A stretch of DNA of 62,926 nucleotides, counting the filler, from Octopus bimaculoides (lineage: Eukaryota): assembly GCF_001194135.2 (NCBI RefSeq). It is 4 parts of 4 records of this genome, joined end to end, with 100 filler letters (N's around TTAATTAATTAA, not from the genome) between each part and the next. Parts side by side here need not be neighbours in the genome. Positions count along the whole stretch, not along the records: positions 23,567 to 42,704 come from NC_068998.1; positions 42,805 to 52,759 come from NC_068985.1; 2 more parts are not named here. One strand, written 5' to 3'. This document shows, in pieces, positions 38,235 through 51,701 of this stretch. The notes under the pieces were generated by a model, which was given only the letters and a program-made list of their open reading frames with translations, made no database searches and was not told the DNA's origin. Within the stretch, counting starts at the first letter, position 1. Every line of letters begins with the position of its first letter. A program made the translations under genes and the position numbers.

Positions 38235-39501
38235 TTCTTCCTTTGAGAAAGATCTTTGCGTTCACATAATGGTAACAGAACAAGCGAGGGATTATTACTC
38301 TTTTGTCGGACAACTCGGTGCAGATTTTGGTAAAGGAACCATGAAGGACTACAACCACTCGGTAAACGTCATTACAATTAACAACAACAACAACAACAGC
38401 ACCAACAGCGGCAACAGCAGTAGAAGTAACAGCTTCGACAGCGGCGACGAGGTGACCACCTCTACAAACACCACTAACAACAACAGCAACAACAACAAGA
38501 ATAGTGGTGGCGGCAGCAACAGAATAATTGATTACCAAAATGTGGAACATGGACAGTTGTATTTTGACGGACCAAAGACACATTGCGAAAACGAAACCTT
38601 GGATTGTGTCAGTGAGAAGAACATCAGCCATGGCATTCTAACCCCGTCTGACATTCGATCCCTTGGCCTACCTGTTAATGGCTTCAGGGACATCGTTCTG
38701 TTTGACAACGATGATTTCGTGGCCATCTGTGAGAACTTTGTTAAGCTTTATTCGACGTCTGGCGACCTGTTGCACAAGATCGAACTGGCCAGCACACCTC
38801 TTTCCCTGTGTAGAGTGGGCGAACGTCGAGTTGTGGTTACCTGTACCTCGCGGATGCTGCGTTTGATTGCCGTCCACATCGATGACAGCAACAACAACAA
38901 CAACAACAATTTTAACAACAACAACAACAACAACAACAACGATAGCGGTGACAACAACAGCAGCTGTAGAACGTTGGTTCTCGAGCAAGAATTGAACACC
39001 GCAACCCAGTACTGCAGCGTAGCACAGCTCAGCTCTAGTGAACTAATCGCCGTCGGTCTTAACGCCCCCGTGTTGCACCGGCTCCTTTACATGCCTACCC
39101 ACCTGGAAGTGCTGTCCACCCTGTATTTGGAGCAAGTTGGTAAACTGAACGTGCGCCACCAGCGGAGCTACCGTTGCGTGTGTGTCAGCGCCGCAAAGCA
39201 AATTTTTATTTCAGACAGGATGAACAATTTCCTCATCAGCCTCAGTACATCAGGCACCTGGAAGATCCCGTTTTTTTACAAGCCCCAGGGCATGGTTGTC
39301 GCTGGTTCTTTCTTTTATGTCATCCAGGGTGGAGGACTGAATTTGGTGTATAGATTCCGGCTGAATGGTCTTGATGCCTTCTGTCTCCTGCGCAAAGAAC
39401 ACGAGCTACTAGACCCCTGGGGCCTGTCTATAAACAGGAACAAGAAACTAGTGATTACATGTAATACCTCTGACTGCCCCACAGTCAGGGTGTTTACGTG
39501 A
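38235..39501 (+). CDS. Large terminal coding exon of a protein with a C-terminal NHL/six-bladed beta-propeller-like region (TRIM-NHL-like, as in expanded mollusc families) and Asn/Ser low-complexity tracts
   Basis: This is a 425-codon ORF with raised GC. Acceptor ttttttcttacgattgtttggcag ends at 38234 (phase 2). Blade-like motifs include RDIVLFDNDDFVAICENFVKLYSTSGDLLHKI, CVCVSAAKQIFISDRMNNFLISL, KPQGMVVAGSFFYV and DPWGLSINRNKKLVITC. The stop TGA is at 39499-39501. The family call rests on motif resemblance only. Confidence 0.75.
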
Positions 39502-39993
39502 CAGACGACCAGCAGCCTTGACATAATGCACCTTAATTTCGGTTCTTGACATTATGTAAACCACCACAACCTGCTGAAACACGCATGGATATATACGTAT
39601 ATATATATATATATATATATTTAATGCGTGCACATGAACACAAATGCACTGTAATAACGTATGTGTAATACAGGAACTGACAACGAATGATCCATTTTAT
39701 TTTAAAAAAAAATAACAAAGTAATGTCTTCCAATTCTTTCGTTCTATATTGCTTCTGTATTAGTTTACATGTTTTACATAATCAAACGCAATTAAACAGA
39801 TTTAAAACAACAACAACATAAACACATGCAACAATTCAAGAGGACACACTGACACACTGACATCAACACCATACATAATATACATACATACATACATACA
39901 TACTTATATATATATTCACACCTACACATAAATATATATAGACATCTGCATACAAGTTTATCAAGTAACAACACGCTGTGATTTTGTACTCTA

Positions 39994-40047
<54 letters not shown>

Positions 40048-42322
40048 CCATACTTCTTTATTTGTTTATTTCCCACCATCACTACCCCACCCTGATTCTT
40101 TCATATCACTGACAATATTTTTTCATCATACTTTATTATACATTTTCTTTTTGTTCCTGTTGTTCAGTTATATTTTTATATTTTTATACTTTATACATTA
40201 TATATTTTCTATATACCCATTTAATTTATATACACATACATCCACACACTGCCTTCCCGGCACACAAATTGGACCAAACCTTCATGTTTTCCTTTGCAAT
40301 TTGGTTTAAAACTAACTTTTGTTTAATCATACACACATGTATATAATTACATTTAAACACACGCACATACAAACATACATATACATACATATACACACAC
40401 ATATATGTGTGTGTGTGTGTGTGTACAATGATATATCTTTATACACATACACACACACATATCACTCAGCCATTGTGATACCAGTAACCTGGTGTATAAG
40501 TCTATGTACGTACATCTCTGAACGAGGCGTTTGTCGGTCGAGTTCAGAGCGGTTTATAAGAAAAGAGATGACGAATGCAAGTTTATATATATATATATAT
40601 ATATATGAGATTTTCAGAGGAAGAAGTTTTGATAGCGTATTGCAAGTTTCGATTCAATTATTTTCATCTAACCTACCGAAGGAGGCTACCAAACCCCAAA
40701 TTCGAAGTTACTATCGACTTTTTCGTTATAAAAATAATTAAAAAAAAAATCTGATGTTCTACTAAATGATATTTGGTTTAAAACTAACTTTTGTTTAATC
40801 ATACATACATGTATATAATTACATACATGTATATAATTACTTTGATGTTTATATGTGTGTGTATGTATATTTGTGTAAGTATATGTATGTATACGTACAG
40901 AAATATACATACATGCAGATAAACACACACATACACTTACTGAACACATACATATAGACATACAGTACAAAAGTAATTCAAGTGAATGATCGTTTCGTGC
41001 AAGCAATTATCAAAAATACTTGAGTTATTCATGTAGTTTTATATAGCCAATATCATTTCCATATTTGCTGTCTCTGAAGATCGCACGTATTGGATAATCG
41101 TCCAGTTATCCAATATCCAGTGTGAAACCGATTGGTAAAATCGGCAGTAATGGATCTATAATACTACATACTTTGGTTTATGCACACGCACACATATTTA
41201 TTTTCATTTAGTGGTAGCACAGACTTCTCTCTGTCGGCGATGTTTCGGAAATGGTATATCAAAACTGAAATTTTGTTCGGCGATTTCCGCAAAAAATTAT
41301 TTCGTTAATTTTTTTTTTCAGTCGAATCACTTATTTTTATGTATTTTTTTGTGTGTATGCATGTATGTGTTTATGAGTGTATGTATGTGTATATATCTGT
41401 GTTTATGTATGTGCTTCGTAAGTATATGTGTGTGTCTATCTGCATGTATGCATACTTGTGTATGTATACATACTTGTGTATGTATACATACATATACTTA
41501 CACAAATATACATACACACACACATAAACATCGGCAGTTCAGCTGAAAAAAAGAAATTGAGGAAATAAACATTTTTTTATGGGAATTGCTGAGACAAATA
41601 GTTTCACTTTCGATATACCATCTCCGAAACATCCGCCTGGTGTCTCTACTCTGTTTTTTTTTTTTGTTTTTTTTTTATCCATCTTTATACAGATTAAAAA
41701 CTTGGAGTAATGAATGCCTTACGACTCCAGCCTCTCTGAAAAGGTCTATGAAAACCTTTGTTTTCTATTCCTTCGTTTGTAAATTCAAACATACGCCATA
41801 CATACATGAATGTATGTANNNNNNNNNNNNNNNNNNNNNNNNNNNNNNNNNNNNNNNNNNNNNNNNNNNNNNNNNNNNNNNNNNNNNNNNNNNNNNNNNN
41901 NNNNNNNNNNNNNNNNNNNNNNNNNNNNNNNNNNNNNNNNNNNNNNNNNNNNNNNNNNNNNNNNNNNNNNNNNNNNNNNNNNTATATATATATATATATG
42001 ATTTAAAAGTATTGATGTAATAAATTTTATAAAATTGGGTATTTGATGTCTTTTTCTTTTACTTTTTATTGATTGTTTTATTTCAATAATGAAGATGTCC
42101 GTGTTTGTCCCCCACCACCGCTTGAAAACCGGTGTCGGTGTGTTTACGTCCTCTTAATATACCGGTTTGGCAAAAATGACCGATATAATGAGTAACAGGC
42201 TTTAGAATATAAAATAGGTACTGGAATCGACTTGCTTGACTAAAATAAATTCTTCGAGGCAGTGCCCCAGCATGGCCGCAGTCTAATGACTGAAATAAAA
42301 GAATATATATATATATATATAT

Positions 42323-42703
42323 AGGCGTAGGAGTGGCTGTGTGGTCAGTAGGTTGCTTACGAACCACATGGTTCTGGGTTCAGTCCCACTGTGTGGCACC
42401 TTGAGCAAGTGTCTTCTACTATAGCCTCGGGCCAGCCTAAGCCTTGTGAGTGGATTTGGTAGACGGAAACTGAAAGAAGCCCGTCGTATATATATATGTA
42501 TGTGTGTATATATGTTTGTGTGTCTGTGTTTGTCCACCCAACTTCGCTTGATAACTGGTGCTGGTGTGTTTACGTCCCCGTAACTTAGTGGTTCGGCAAA
42601 AGAGACCGATAGAATAAGTACTAGGCTTATAAAGAATAAGTCCTGGAGTCGATTTGCTCGACTAAAAGCGGTGCTCCAGTATGGCCACAGTCAAATGACT
42701 GAA
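42323..42703 (+). mobile_element. tRNA-derived SINE family A, near full length
   Basis: Head aggcgtaggagtggctgtgtgg...gttcagtcccactg; tail gtcgatttgctcgactaaa...cagtcaaatgactgaaa. Approximate other copies: 29752-29945(+), 42095-42300(-), 43790-43905(-), 44262-44460(-), 45720-45838(+), 51240-51520(+), 53948-54092(-), 56390-56530(-), 57046-57425(+), 58500-58740(+). Confidence 0.85.
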
Positions 42704-44003
42704 ANNNNNNNNNNNNNNNNNNNNNNNNNNNNNNNNNNNNNNNNNNNNTTAATTAATTAANNNNNNNNNNNNNNNNNNNNNNNNNNNNNNNNNNNNNNNN
42801 NNNNTATATATATATATATATATATGATTTTTGAAAAAGAAAATACCTAAATATACTCCAAGAAGCCGCTTCTAGTTCTCTCACCAAAAACTAACAACTG
42901 AAATTTTGCAGCTTTGAACATTTATGTTGCCCCCCCCCCACGTTTCCTCAATCCCTTTAACCTTTATTTTTCTTGTCATATTTTCAGTTCAAAAGAATAA
43001 TTTTGTTTATTTGTAAACTTCGTGTGACCCACGTCATTATTTTTATTTTCATATCTGGCATATGCGAGGGTACATGGCCCAGTGGTTAGGGTTTTGTACG
43101 CATGATCATAAGATCGTATTTTCAATTCCTGGACTCAGCAATGCATTGTGTTCTTGAGCAAAACGATTCATTTCACATTGTCCCAGTCTGCTCAGCTACA
43201 AATGAGTGACCCTACAGTTTAGAGGTTAGTGTTGTGATTTTGGTCACTTAGAAGCCATTGAAATCACATGACTGGTCTTATGAGTCCTAAGACTTCAAAC
43301 AATGCGTAAATATTATCTGATCAAGAGAATAATTTCACTTATACAGCAGAACCCTGCAGCACGAGTTCCCTATTGTATGAGTAATTTGCTGTACGAGCTG
43401 AGACTCATGCGAATTTTTATCTTGAAGTATGAGCAGAAATCTGCAGCATGAGCACACAAATCCTCCCACCTTTAAGGTAATTCAATTAATAGAACCATTT
43501 TACATATTCCTTTTGCTTTCTCTTTTTTTGTAATTGTCATTTTACTTGTAACTACACCTCTTCTGTTTTAAAACCCATGAAAAATTATTCTCAAGTGTTT
43601 TTGAGGGGCTTGGAACGGATTAATTATATTCTAGTTAATTTCAATGGGAGAAATTGATTTGTAAAACATGTAAATCGTAAGATGAGCTCAGTCATAGAAT
43701 TAATTAAACTTGTGCTGTGAAGTATCACTGTATATCTTTTCTCTTCTATATTTTTATTCATTTCAGATATTAGACTGCAGTCATGAATCAAACGCAGTTG
43801 GTACTTATTCTATTGGTGCTTTTTTGCCAAACTGCTAAGTCATGGTGGGGACATAAAAACACCAACGCTGGTTGTCAAACGGAAATGGGGGACAAACAAA
43901 CACAAACACACACACACAAATATACATACACACACACATACACACAAATATACATACACACACACACACACACATATAATATGTGACAATTAGTTGGTTG
44001 TCA

Positions 44004-44052
44004 TAATAAAACTCAGAGTTTCGAGGCTGCTCCAGCACCTCATCAGTTATTA
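44004..44052 (-). ncRNA. Second hammerhead-like motif, an inverted partner with a shortened stem II
   Basis: The minus strand reads taataaCTGATGAggtgctggagcagcctcGAAActctgagtTttatta. Confidence 0.45.
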
Positions 44053-44057
44053 AGGTT

Positions 44058-44133
44058 TTTGTCTTTATAACTGATGAGGTGCTGGAGCAGACTTCAGCCC
44101 CAGTATCCGAAACTCTGAGTTTTATTATGACAA
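44058..44133 (+). ncRNA. Type I hammerhead-ribozyme-like motif (Penelope/retrozyme type)
   Basis: CTGATGA at 44071-44077; stem II ggtgctgg/ccagtatc; GAAA at 44109-44112; stem III ACTC-T-GAGT; NUH = GUU, predicting cleavage after 44121; stem I ATAA/TTAT plus TTGTC/GACAA. Confidence 0.55.
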
Positions 44134-46960
44134 CCAACTAATTGTCACATATTATATTTATAGATAAATTCCTCTATTTTACATAATATCGAGGTCTCAT
44201 TCATTCTTTTGTTGTCATATTATCATTATTATTATTAATATATATATATCTTTTTACTCTTTTACTTGTTTCAGTCATTTGACTGCGGCCAGGCTGGAGC
44301 ACCACCTTTAGTCGAGCAAATCAACCCCGGGACTTATTCTTAGTAAGCCTAGTACTTATTCTATCAGTCTCTTTTGTCGAACCGCTAAGTTACGGGGGAC
44401 GTAAGCACACTACCACTGGTTGTCAAGCGATGTTGGGAGGACAAACACAGACACACAAACATATATATATTGTGTGAGTACAGGCATACATAAATACATA
44501 TATATGTATATGTGTGTGCATGTGTGTATATTCTATGAGTTCACCATCTTAACAACAATCATTTAATGATCCATGATTCATAATGATAAATTAAATAAAA
44601 ACACGGAACTGATGTCATTGTGAATACAGTGAAATTATATTCCCTTCTTGTAGACTGGTTAATTTTGCACTGTTTCACGAAGGAGTATAAACCATTTTAC
44701 AATACTTTCCACAAACTTCATTCCTAATTAGTAAATCTTTATGATGCATGACTTTACAAAGATGTTGGTTAAGAATTATGAAATATGGAATGTGAAAATG
44801 AATGAGTTGGAAATTATTCAGACAAAATTGAATATGATCTGTGGGATGTATAATAAATTTGAAGAGCTGACTGTACATTATCTAAGATAACAAACAGCGA
44901 GGAAGAGAAAAATAATCTTTTTTTTTATTTCAGATGTTGGTTAGGAGAGAAATGATCCAGGTGTTATGGAGAAGTTCTGTAAAGGAATGATAAGGAAAGT
45001 AGAAAGAAGTGGTAGCTAATGGTTGATGGTTAGCTGGCATATGTAAAAAAAAAATAATATTGTGGTTTATCTGAAAGGACTAAAGCTCTGAATATTTTAA
45101 TGTTTCATTTATATTTCCATATGTTGATATTTTGTCTTACCTACTTTCAGGTACAGGGGGTAGGTTTTTATTTTTGACCAAAAAAATATTATCTGTTTCA
45201 GAAAATGCTCAACACTTATTAGGGTACAGAAACTCCTTAGTTAAAGAAAAAATATGTTTTACTTGTAGACAAATAACAGAAAAATAAACATATTCTCATG
45301 GTGTCATCATCATTGTTTTAATGCACACATTTTCCGTGCTTGCATGTGTTAGACAGTTTACTGAGGCAGATTTTCAACAGTTAGATATGCTCTTCCTGTC
45401 ACCAACCCTTACCTGTTACCAAACAAGGTAATATTTCCCCATGGCTGGACATGTTTTTGGAGAATAATGGAAATGAATGACATGGCTTGTATGACAATGA
45501 CACCCATTTACAGCCATCATATGATGTCAAAACAAATTAACACACACATACACACTGCACACACTTGCATATACACATACGTGCATACACACACACATGC
45601 ATACATGCAGACTTGTGCACAAAAACACACCTGCATACACACACACACACGTGCAAACATTTATTTTGCAGTGTTTTTCTTTAATCATTTTCATAGTTTT
45701 CTTTTTTCTTTATATATGAGTGGTTGTATAGTAAGAAGCTTCCTTCCCAACCACATGGTTCCAGGTTCAGTCCCACTGCATGACACCTTGGATAAGTGTC
45801 TTCTACTGTAGCCTGAGACCGACCAAAGCCTTGTGACAGAATATATATATGTACATATATACATATACATATATATATATATATATATATNNNNNNNNNN
45901 NNNNNNNNNNNNNNNNNNNNNNNNNNNNNNNNNNNNNNNNNNNNNNNNNNNNNNNNNNNNNNNNNNNNNNNNNNNNNNNNNNNNNNNNNNTGATGATGAC
46001 GATGATGACGATAATGATGATGATGATGACGATGATGATGATGTTGACAACGACGATGATGACGGCAATAATGATGATGATGACAACGATGATGACGACG
46101 ACGACGACGACGATGATGATGATGATGATGACGACAAACAACTGAATGTAAAAATACACAAAACAGCAACAACAGAAAGAAGAAGAAAATCGCTTGTTTT
46201 ATGCTTCAGAGGAAACAAACGAAACCCCTGGAAAGAGGAGGAAAACGAAAAGCAAGAAGAGTTGTCTTACCCCAAAGAAGAAAGATTTCATTCCGGGGAA
46301 AAACATTGTTTAAATTTCTTTAAAAACATTTTCCAAACTAATTTCTGTATTAGAATTCCCCAAAATTATTTTTATTTCGTTTTTACTTTGTTTGTTTATT
46401 TACAATATTTTGTTTTTGTTTTTGTTTTCTGAAACGGAAAACAAAGAAGAAGAAAAAAAATCGGATGAAACAAGAGACGTGGGCTGGAGGGTAAATGGAG
46501 AAGGTGAAGNNNNNNNNNNNNNNNNNNNNNNNNNNNNNNNNNNNNNNNNNNNNNNNNNNNNNNNNNNNNNNNNNNNNNNNNNNNNNNNNNNNNNNNNNNN
46601 NNNNNNNNNNNNNNNNNNNNNNNNNNNNNNNNNNNNNNNNNNNNNNNNNNNNNNNNNNNNNNNNNNNNNNNNNNNNNNNNNNNNNNNNNNNNNNNNNNNN
46701 NNNNNNNNNNNNNNNNNNNNNNNNNNNNNNNNNNNNNNNNNNNNNNNNNNNNNNNNNNNNNNNNNNNNNNNNNNNNNNNNNNNNNNNNNNNNNNNNNNNN
46801 NNNNNNNNNNNNNNNNNNNNNNNNNNNNNNNNNNNNNNNNNNNNNNNNNNNNNNNNNNNNNNNNNNNNNNNNNNNNNNNNNNNNNNNNNNNNNNNNNNNN
46901 NNNNNNNNNNNNNNNNNNNNNNNNNNNNNNNNNNNNNNNNNNNNNNNNNNNNNNNNNNNN

Positions 46961-47030
<70 letters not shown>

Positions 47031-48040
47031 CATCTATGAATGTTTGATTTCATATGTGTGTGCATGTATGTGTATGTTATATATTATATTTGTATATACA
47101 TACATGTGTGTGTGTATGGATAGATATATGTTGGTATGTATACATATATATATATGTATAAATATATGTATATGCATATGTATATATATATATATGTATG
47201 CATATATATACATATATATATATATATTCATACACTCACACACAAACATATACACACATAGGCCTACACATATACACATGCACACGGATACTTATCTATC
47301 TTTCCAACTATATGTGTATGTGTGTGTATACATGTGTGTGTGCGCGTGTGTAGTAAAGCTGGAAGAGTTTGGGGAAGACTCAGAAAGCGACGGGTGGGGT
47401 GGGGTAGTGGGATGGGGGTGGTTAGGGTAGGGGCACGACTCCTAGAGAAGTGGGAATTACTAAGNNNNNNNNNNNNNNNNNNNNNNNNNNNNNNNNNNNN
47501 NNNNNNNNNNNNNNNNNNNNNNNNNNNNNNNNNNNNNNNNNNNNNNNNNNNNNNNNNNNNNNNNNNNNNNNNNNNNNNNNNNNNNNNNNNNNNNNNNNNN
47601 NNNNNNNNNNNNNNNNNNNNNNNNNNNNNNNNNNNNNNNNNNNNNNNNNNNNNNNNNNNNNNNNNNNNNNNNNNNNNNNNNNNNNNNNNNNNNNNNNNNN
47701 NNNNNNNNNNNNNNNNNNNNNNNNNNNNNNNNNNNNNNNNNNNNNNNNNNNNNNNNNNNNNNNNNNNNNNNNNNNNNNNNNNNNNNNNNNNNNNNNNNNN
47801 NNNNNNNNNNNNNNNNNNNNNNNNNNGAAGTGGAGGAGGTGGAGGTGGGGGTAGAAAAGTAAAGAAGAAAAAAAAGGATGTGAGAAACGAGAAAAGAAAG
47901 AAAGGGAAAAATAAGTAAAGAGCAGAGAAGAGTATGTCAGTTGAAGGCATCGGGGTGGGGGGGTGTCATATATATGTGTATTTGTGCGCGCGCACGCACG
48001 TGCGTGTTTGCGTGTGTGTGTGTCTATCTATCTATCTATC

Positions 48041-48072
<32 letters not shown>

Positions 48073-48589
48073 TGTATGCATGCATACATACATATATACA
48101 TATATATGTACATATCCACACATGTTGCTAATAAATTCAATGTTTGTGTGCTTATATATACATGAATGTATATGCTCATCTATATATGCATGTATGCACG
48201 CGCGCGCGCACACACACATAAGCCCGCGCGCGCACACACACACATGCAAATATATGCATATATACATACATATATGTACATACCTACATATATATGTATA
48301 TATACATGCATATGTGGGTACAGGACATCAAACAAAAAAAACGTAGGCAAAATGAGAAACGAGAACATTAAAAACAAAAACATAGAAACGAACTTTTTTC
48401 GAATAGGAAAAAAACAAACAAACAAACAGAGAAACGAGACATGCAACATAAAGAACATTCCCTTTATCAGTTGTCCCCTGCTTTATCTACTCCGCGTACA
48501 CACACACACATATATATATATGCACACACGAATGTTTGTTTTCGCGTGCGTGTTTCTTTGGGTTTTATTTGAAGTCTGTTTCTTTTGCA

Positions 48590-49130
48590 GAATTCAACCT
48601 AGTCACTAACAAAGTGACAAGGCGCTTTTGTCGAAGCTAAGACAACTCTTGGAGGATGTGGTTACCTGAAGTGGTTGATGGATGTACATGTTTCCAGATG
48701 TCTTGTGGCAGTGATACGAAATTTTCCCTTATTCTTTGACTTGAATGAGTGGAGGTGTTGAAAGAAACGATCTTTGAAAGTGTTCACTGTTATCCTAGTA
48801 TGAGTTTTTTCTTTATCATCATGGGTTTTGTGGTTGCTCAATAGAATGACAGGATCCCTAACATATATGTTAGTAACTGACTGGTGAAGGGATAACGAGG
48901 TGGATTTGTATTTGCAGTTGTCGTATCTGTACTGTGAAGTTTTTGTACCTGTAGATGTATAACTGAGCTCTTTGCTGTTTGAGTTGAAGATCTTATGGCA
49001 TTTATTTATGCATGGGTAGGGTCTTAGTCTTATTAGTGCTAAGAAATTCCCGGCTCTGCTCTGACTATCTTCTTCGTTGTGGGTTAATTAAGATTACTTT
49101 TCTATTTCTAATTCTATTGTTTTATGGTGG
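48590..49130 (-). mobile_element. Penelope-like element linker/GIY-YIG fragment, decayed
   Basis: KCHKIFNSNSKELSYTS resembles the LHKIFNRNTVKVSYS linker motif; TVNTFKDRFFQHLHSFK resembles the GIY-YIG helix. Confidence 0.6.
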
Positions 49131-49439
49131 GTGGAGTTTTACACATACAAACTAATTTAATTAAGCGCAGGTAGTGGAATAACTTCTGCCAAAGAGCGTA
49201 CCGAAACACCTGCAAACAAGTACAGATTCAAACTGGAAGTATGTATCCCCCAATCAAAAACTTTGAATCCGATTTTATAAATTTTTCCCAAGAACACAAA
49301 TCGTTGGCCAGTCCAGGAATTGAAATCACAATCTTACGATCATGAGTCCTACACCCTAACCACTAAGCCACACATCTCCACGATTATTATGTGTATATGC
49401 GTAATTCGCATATTTTCAATACATGCAGATATCTTATGT

Positions 49440-49745
49440 GAAGGTGTGTGGCTTAGTGGTTAGGTTATTCGGCTCATGATCGTATGATCATGAGTTCGAT
49501 TCCCAGCGGCGCATTGTGTCCTCGAGCAAGACACTTTATTTCACATTGCTCCAGTCCATTCAGCTGGCAAAAATGAGTAGTACCTGTAATTCAAAAGAGC
49601 CAGCTTTGTCACAGTCTGTGTCACGCTAAATCTCCCTGAGAACTACATCAAGGTTGCTCAGCCAATTGCACGTAAATTTCACAAGCTGGCTATTCCCAGT
49701 TGATCCGATCGGATCAACCGGAACATTCTTCATCATTTGTGTCAC
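49440..49745 (+). mobile_element. tRNA-derived SINE family C
   Basis: The head tggcttagtggttagg...gagttcgattccc has A/B-box-like motifs. Approximate related copies: 20560-20695(-), 43065-43215(+), 49300-49385(-), 55095-55480(+), 58760-58990(+). Confidence 0.75.
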
Positions 49746-50313
49746 TGTGTATTTCCTTCCTCTGTTCTATTACTCGGTCAGTCAGTCTGTTACAAAACCC
49801 ATTGTTCATTCATTTTCGCTTTATTCTGTGGATTTCTGAAAAGAATTTGAATGCTCTTCTAAGTAAGAATTTTACCGCTGACATTGCATCTGTGTAGACG
49901 CTCCTTTTAGCTATGTAACTATATGCATTTATTTGTCTTTGGTGTAAACAGACGTGATGTATCTTGCTTTCAGTATGAATGTTTAAATGTAGAAATGGAA
50001 TTGTTGTATTGCTAAGAGTTTTATTTGTTCTGGATGTTAGATTTTAGCACGAAGTTCTTTTCTAGGTTTTCCTTTATTTTTTCGACATCTTCCAATGTGT
50101 TCACTACAACAAGTATATCACTCTCATGCTTGGTGTACATTGTCCGTTTATGTTTTCGTATCACTTTGGTGATCACGCGGAATGCAGCAAACATGGGACT
50201 TAAGGGAGGACCTATGGTTCCTCCATCATCTTCAGGGTGTCGGTAATGGTGGTGACGGTGTTGATGGTACTAATGGAACAACAGAGCACTACTACTACTA
50301 CTACTACTACTAC

Positions 50314-50344
<31 letters not shown>

Positions 50345-51133
50345 TGCAGTCGTAGTGAGAGTTTTAGTGGTGCTTCAGATGGCAACAGAGGTATTAGTTG
50401 TAGTGGTAATAGTGGAGGTGTTAACAGTAGTGGTGGAGTTGATGGTAGTGGTGGTGGAGTTGATGATGGTGGTGGCGGTAGTAACGAAACGTCCTTTAGA
50501 GTAGTAGTAACCTTGGTGATAACAGTGTCTATGGCTCCAGTTTATAGTGCTAGTAGACTTTGGATCAAATAGCTACCAACCATGACCCTCTCGTATTTCT
50601 GTTTAGAAAAAACACACTGTCCAGTGTGCTTTTTCTACACTCCACATTTTAAGACTGTAAGACAGTTGGGTGAACGAGTGATTTGAAAGAAATTTGGTTT
50701 CTATTTCTACCAAGTCAAACCACAATATAAAAACTTGCTTCTCTTGGCTCTTAGAGGGCAATGATTGTGAAAGGCTGGAACTTGAGGCGATGTGATGCTG
50801 TTGTTGTTGTACGTGTTCTTGTCGTTTAGTCCCAATTCAGCTCCAGTGGAACATGTATGACTTTCCAGTCTTTCAAAATATCTCTAACTGAATTGTGCTA
50901 TGTGTCCTTCTTCCAGCTACAATCATCGTATTTGAGTTAGCCTAGCTTTTGAGATAACTGGGCATTATATTATTCTAAAGACATTTAACTATTATTTCTA
51001 GCATTCAGAAGACTTTATAAAGACACAGCCCACTGGTTCACTGGTGAGAACTGGAAAGGCTGTAATCTAGTTGCTGTTGTTGTTTTTGCTAAGTTCTAAG
51101 TCAGCTCTTATCGAGCAGGATTCTGATCTAAAG

Positions 51134-51701
51134 CAATGGCTCTCAACCATTGTTTAAGCATTTGATTCTTATTTTTATCAGGAAGGGGAGGCGCCCCCAT
51201 AGCTATTCGATGTTAAAAAAACCCTATAATATTTTTTAGGCGCAGGCGTGGCTGTGTGGTAAGAAGCTTGCTTCCCAAGCCCATGGTTCCGGGTTCAGTC
51301 CTACTTCGTTGCACCTTGACACACACACACACATATACATATTTGTGTGTGTCTGTGTTTGTCCCTCATACCATCGCTTGACAACCGATGTTGGTGTGTT
51401 TACGTTCCCGTAAGAGACCGATAGAATAAGTACTAGGCTTACAAAGAATAAGTTCTGGAGTCGATTTGTTCGACTAAAGGCGGTGCTCCTGCACGGCCGC
51501 AGTCAAATGACTGAAACAAATAAATAAAAAAAAAGAAAAAAGAAAATATTATTAGGAATTGTATGAAAAATTGTTTAAATATTTTGTGTATTGTTGAGAT
51601 ATATTTAATTTACTTCAGATAAACATTAACAACAATACCTTACGTGGACCCTAAGTCCCTCATAGACCCTAAGCCCCTCACGGACCCCAGTTGAATCACT
51701 G
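51134..51701. mobile_element. hAT (Charlie-like) non-autonomous element with a nested SINE
   Basis: Termini are caatggctctcaac...gttgaatcactg. The 8-bp TSD is atctaaag (51126-51133) / gtctaaag (51702-51709). The SINE occupies about 51240-51520. Confidence 0.7.

Noticed and set aside
45833-46432. Poly-Asp ORF (DDDD...KQLNVKIHK...)
   Set aside because: It is a (GAT/GAC)n microsatellite next to gaps, with no splice or homology support.
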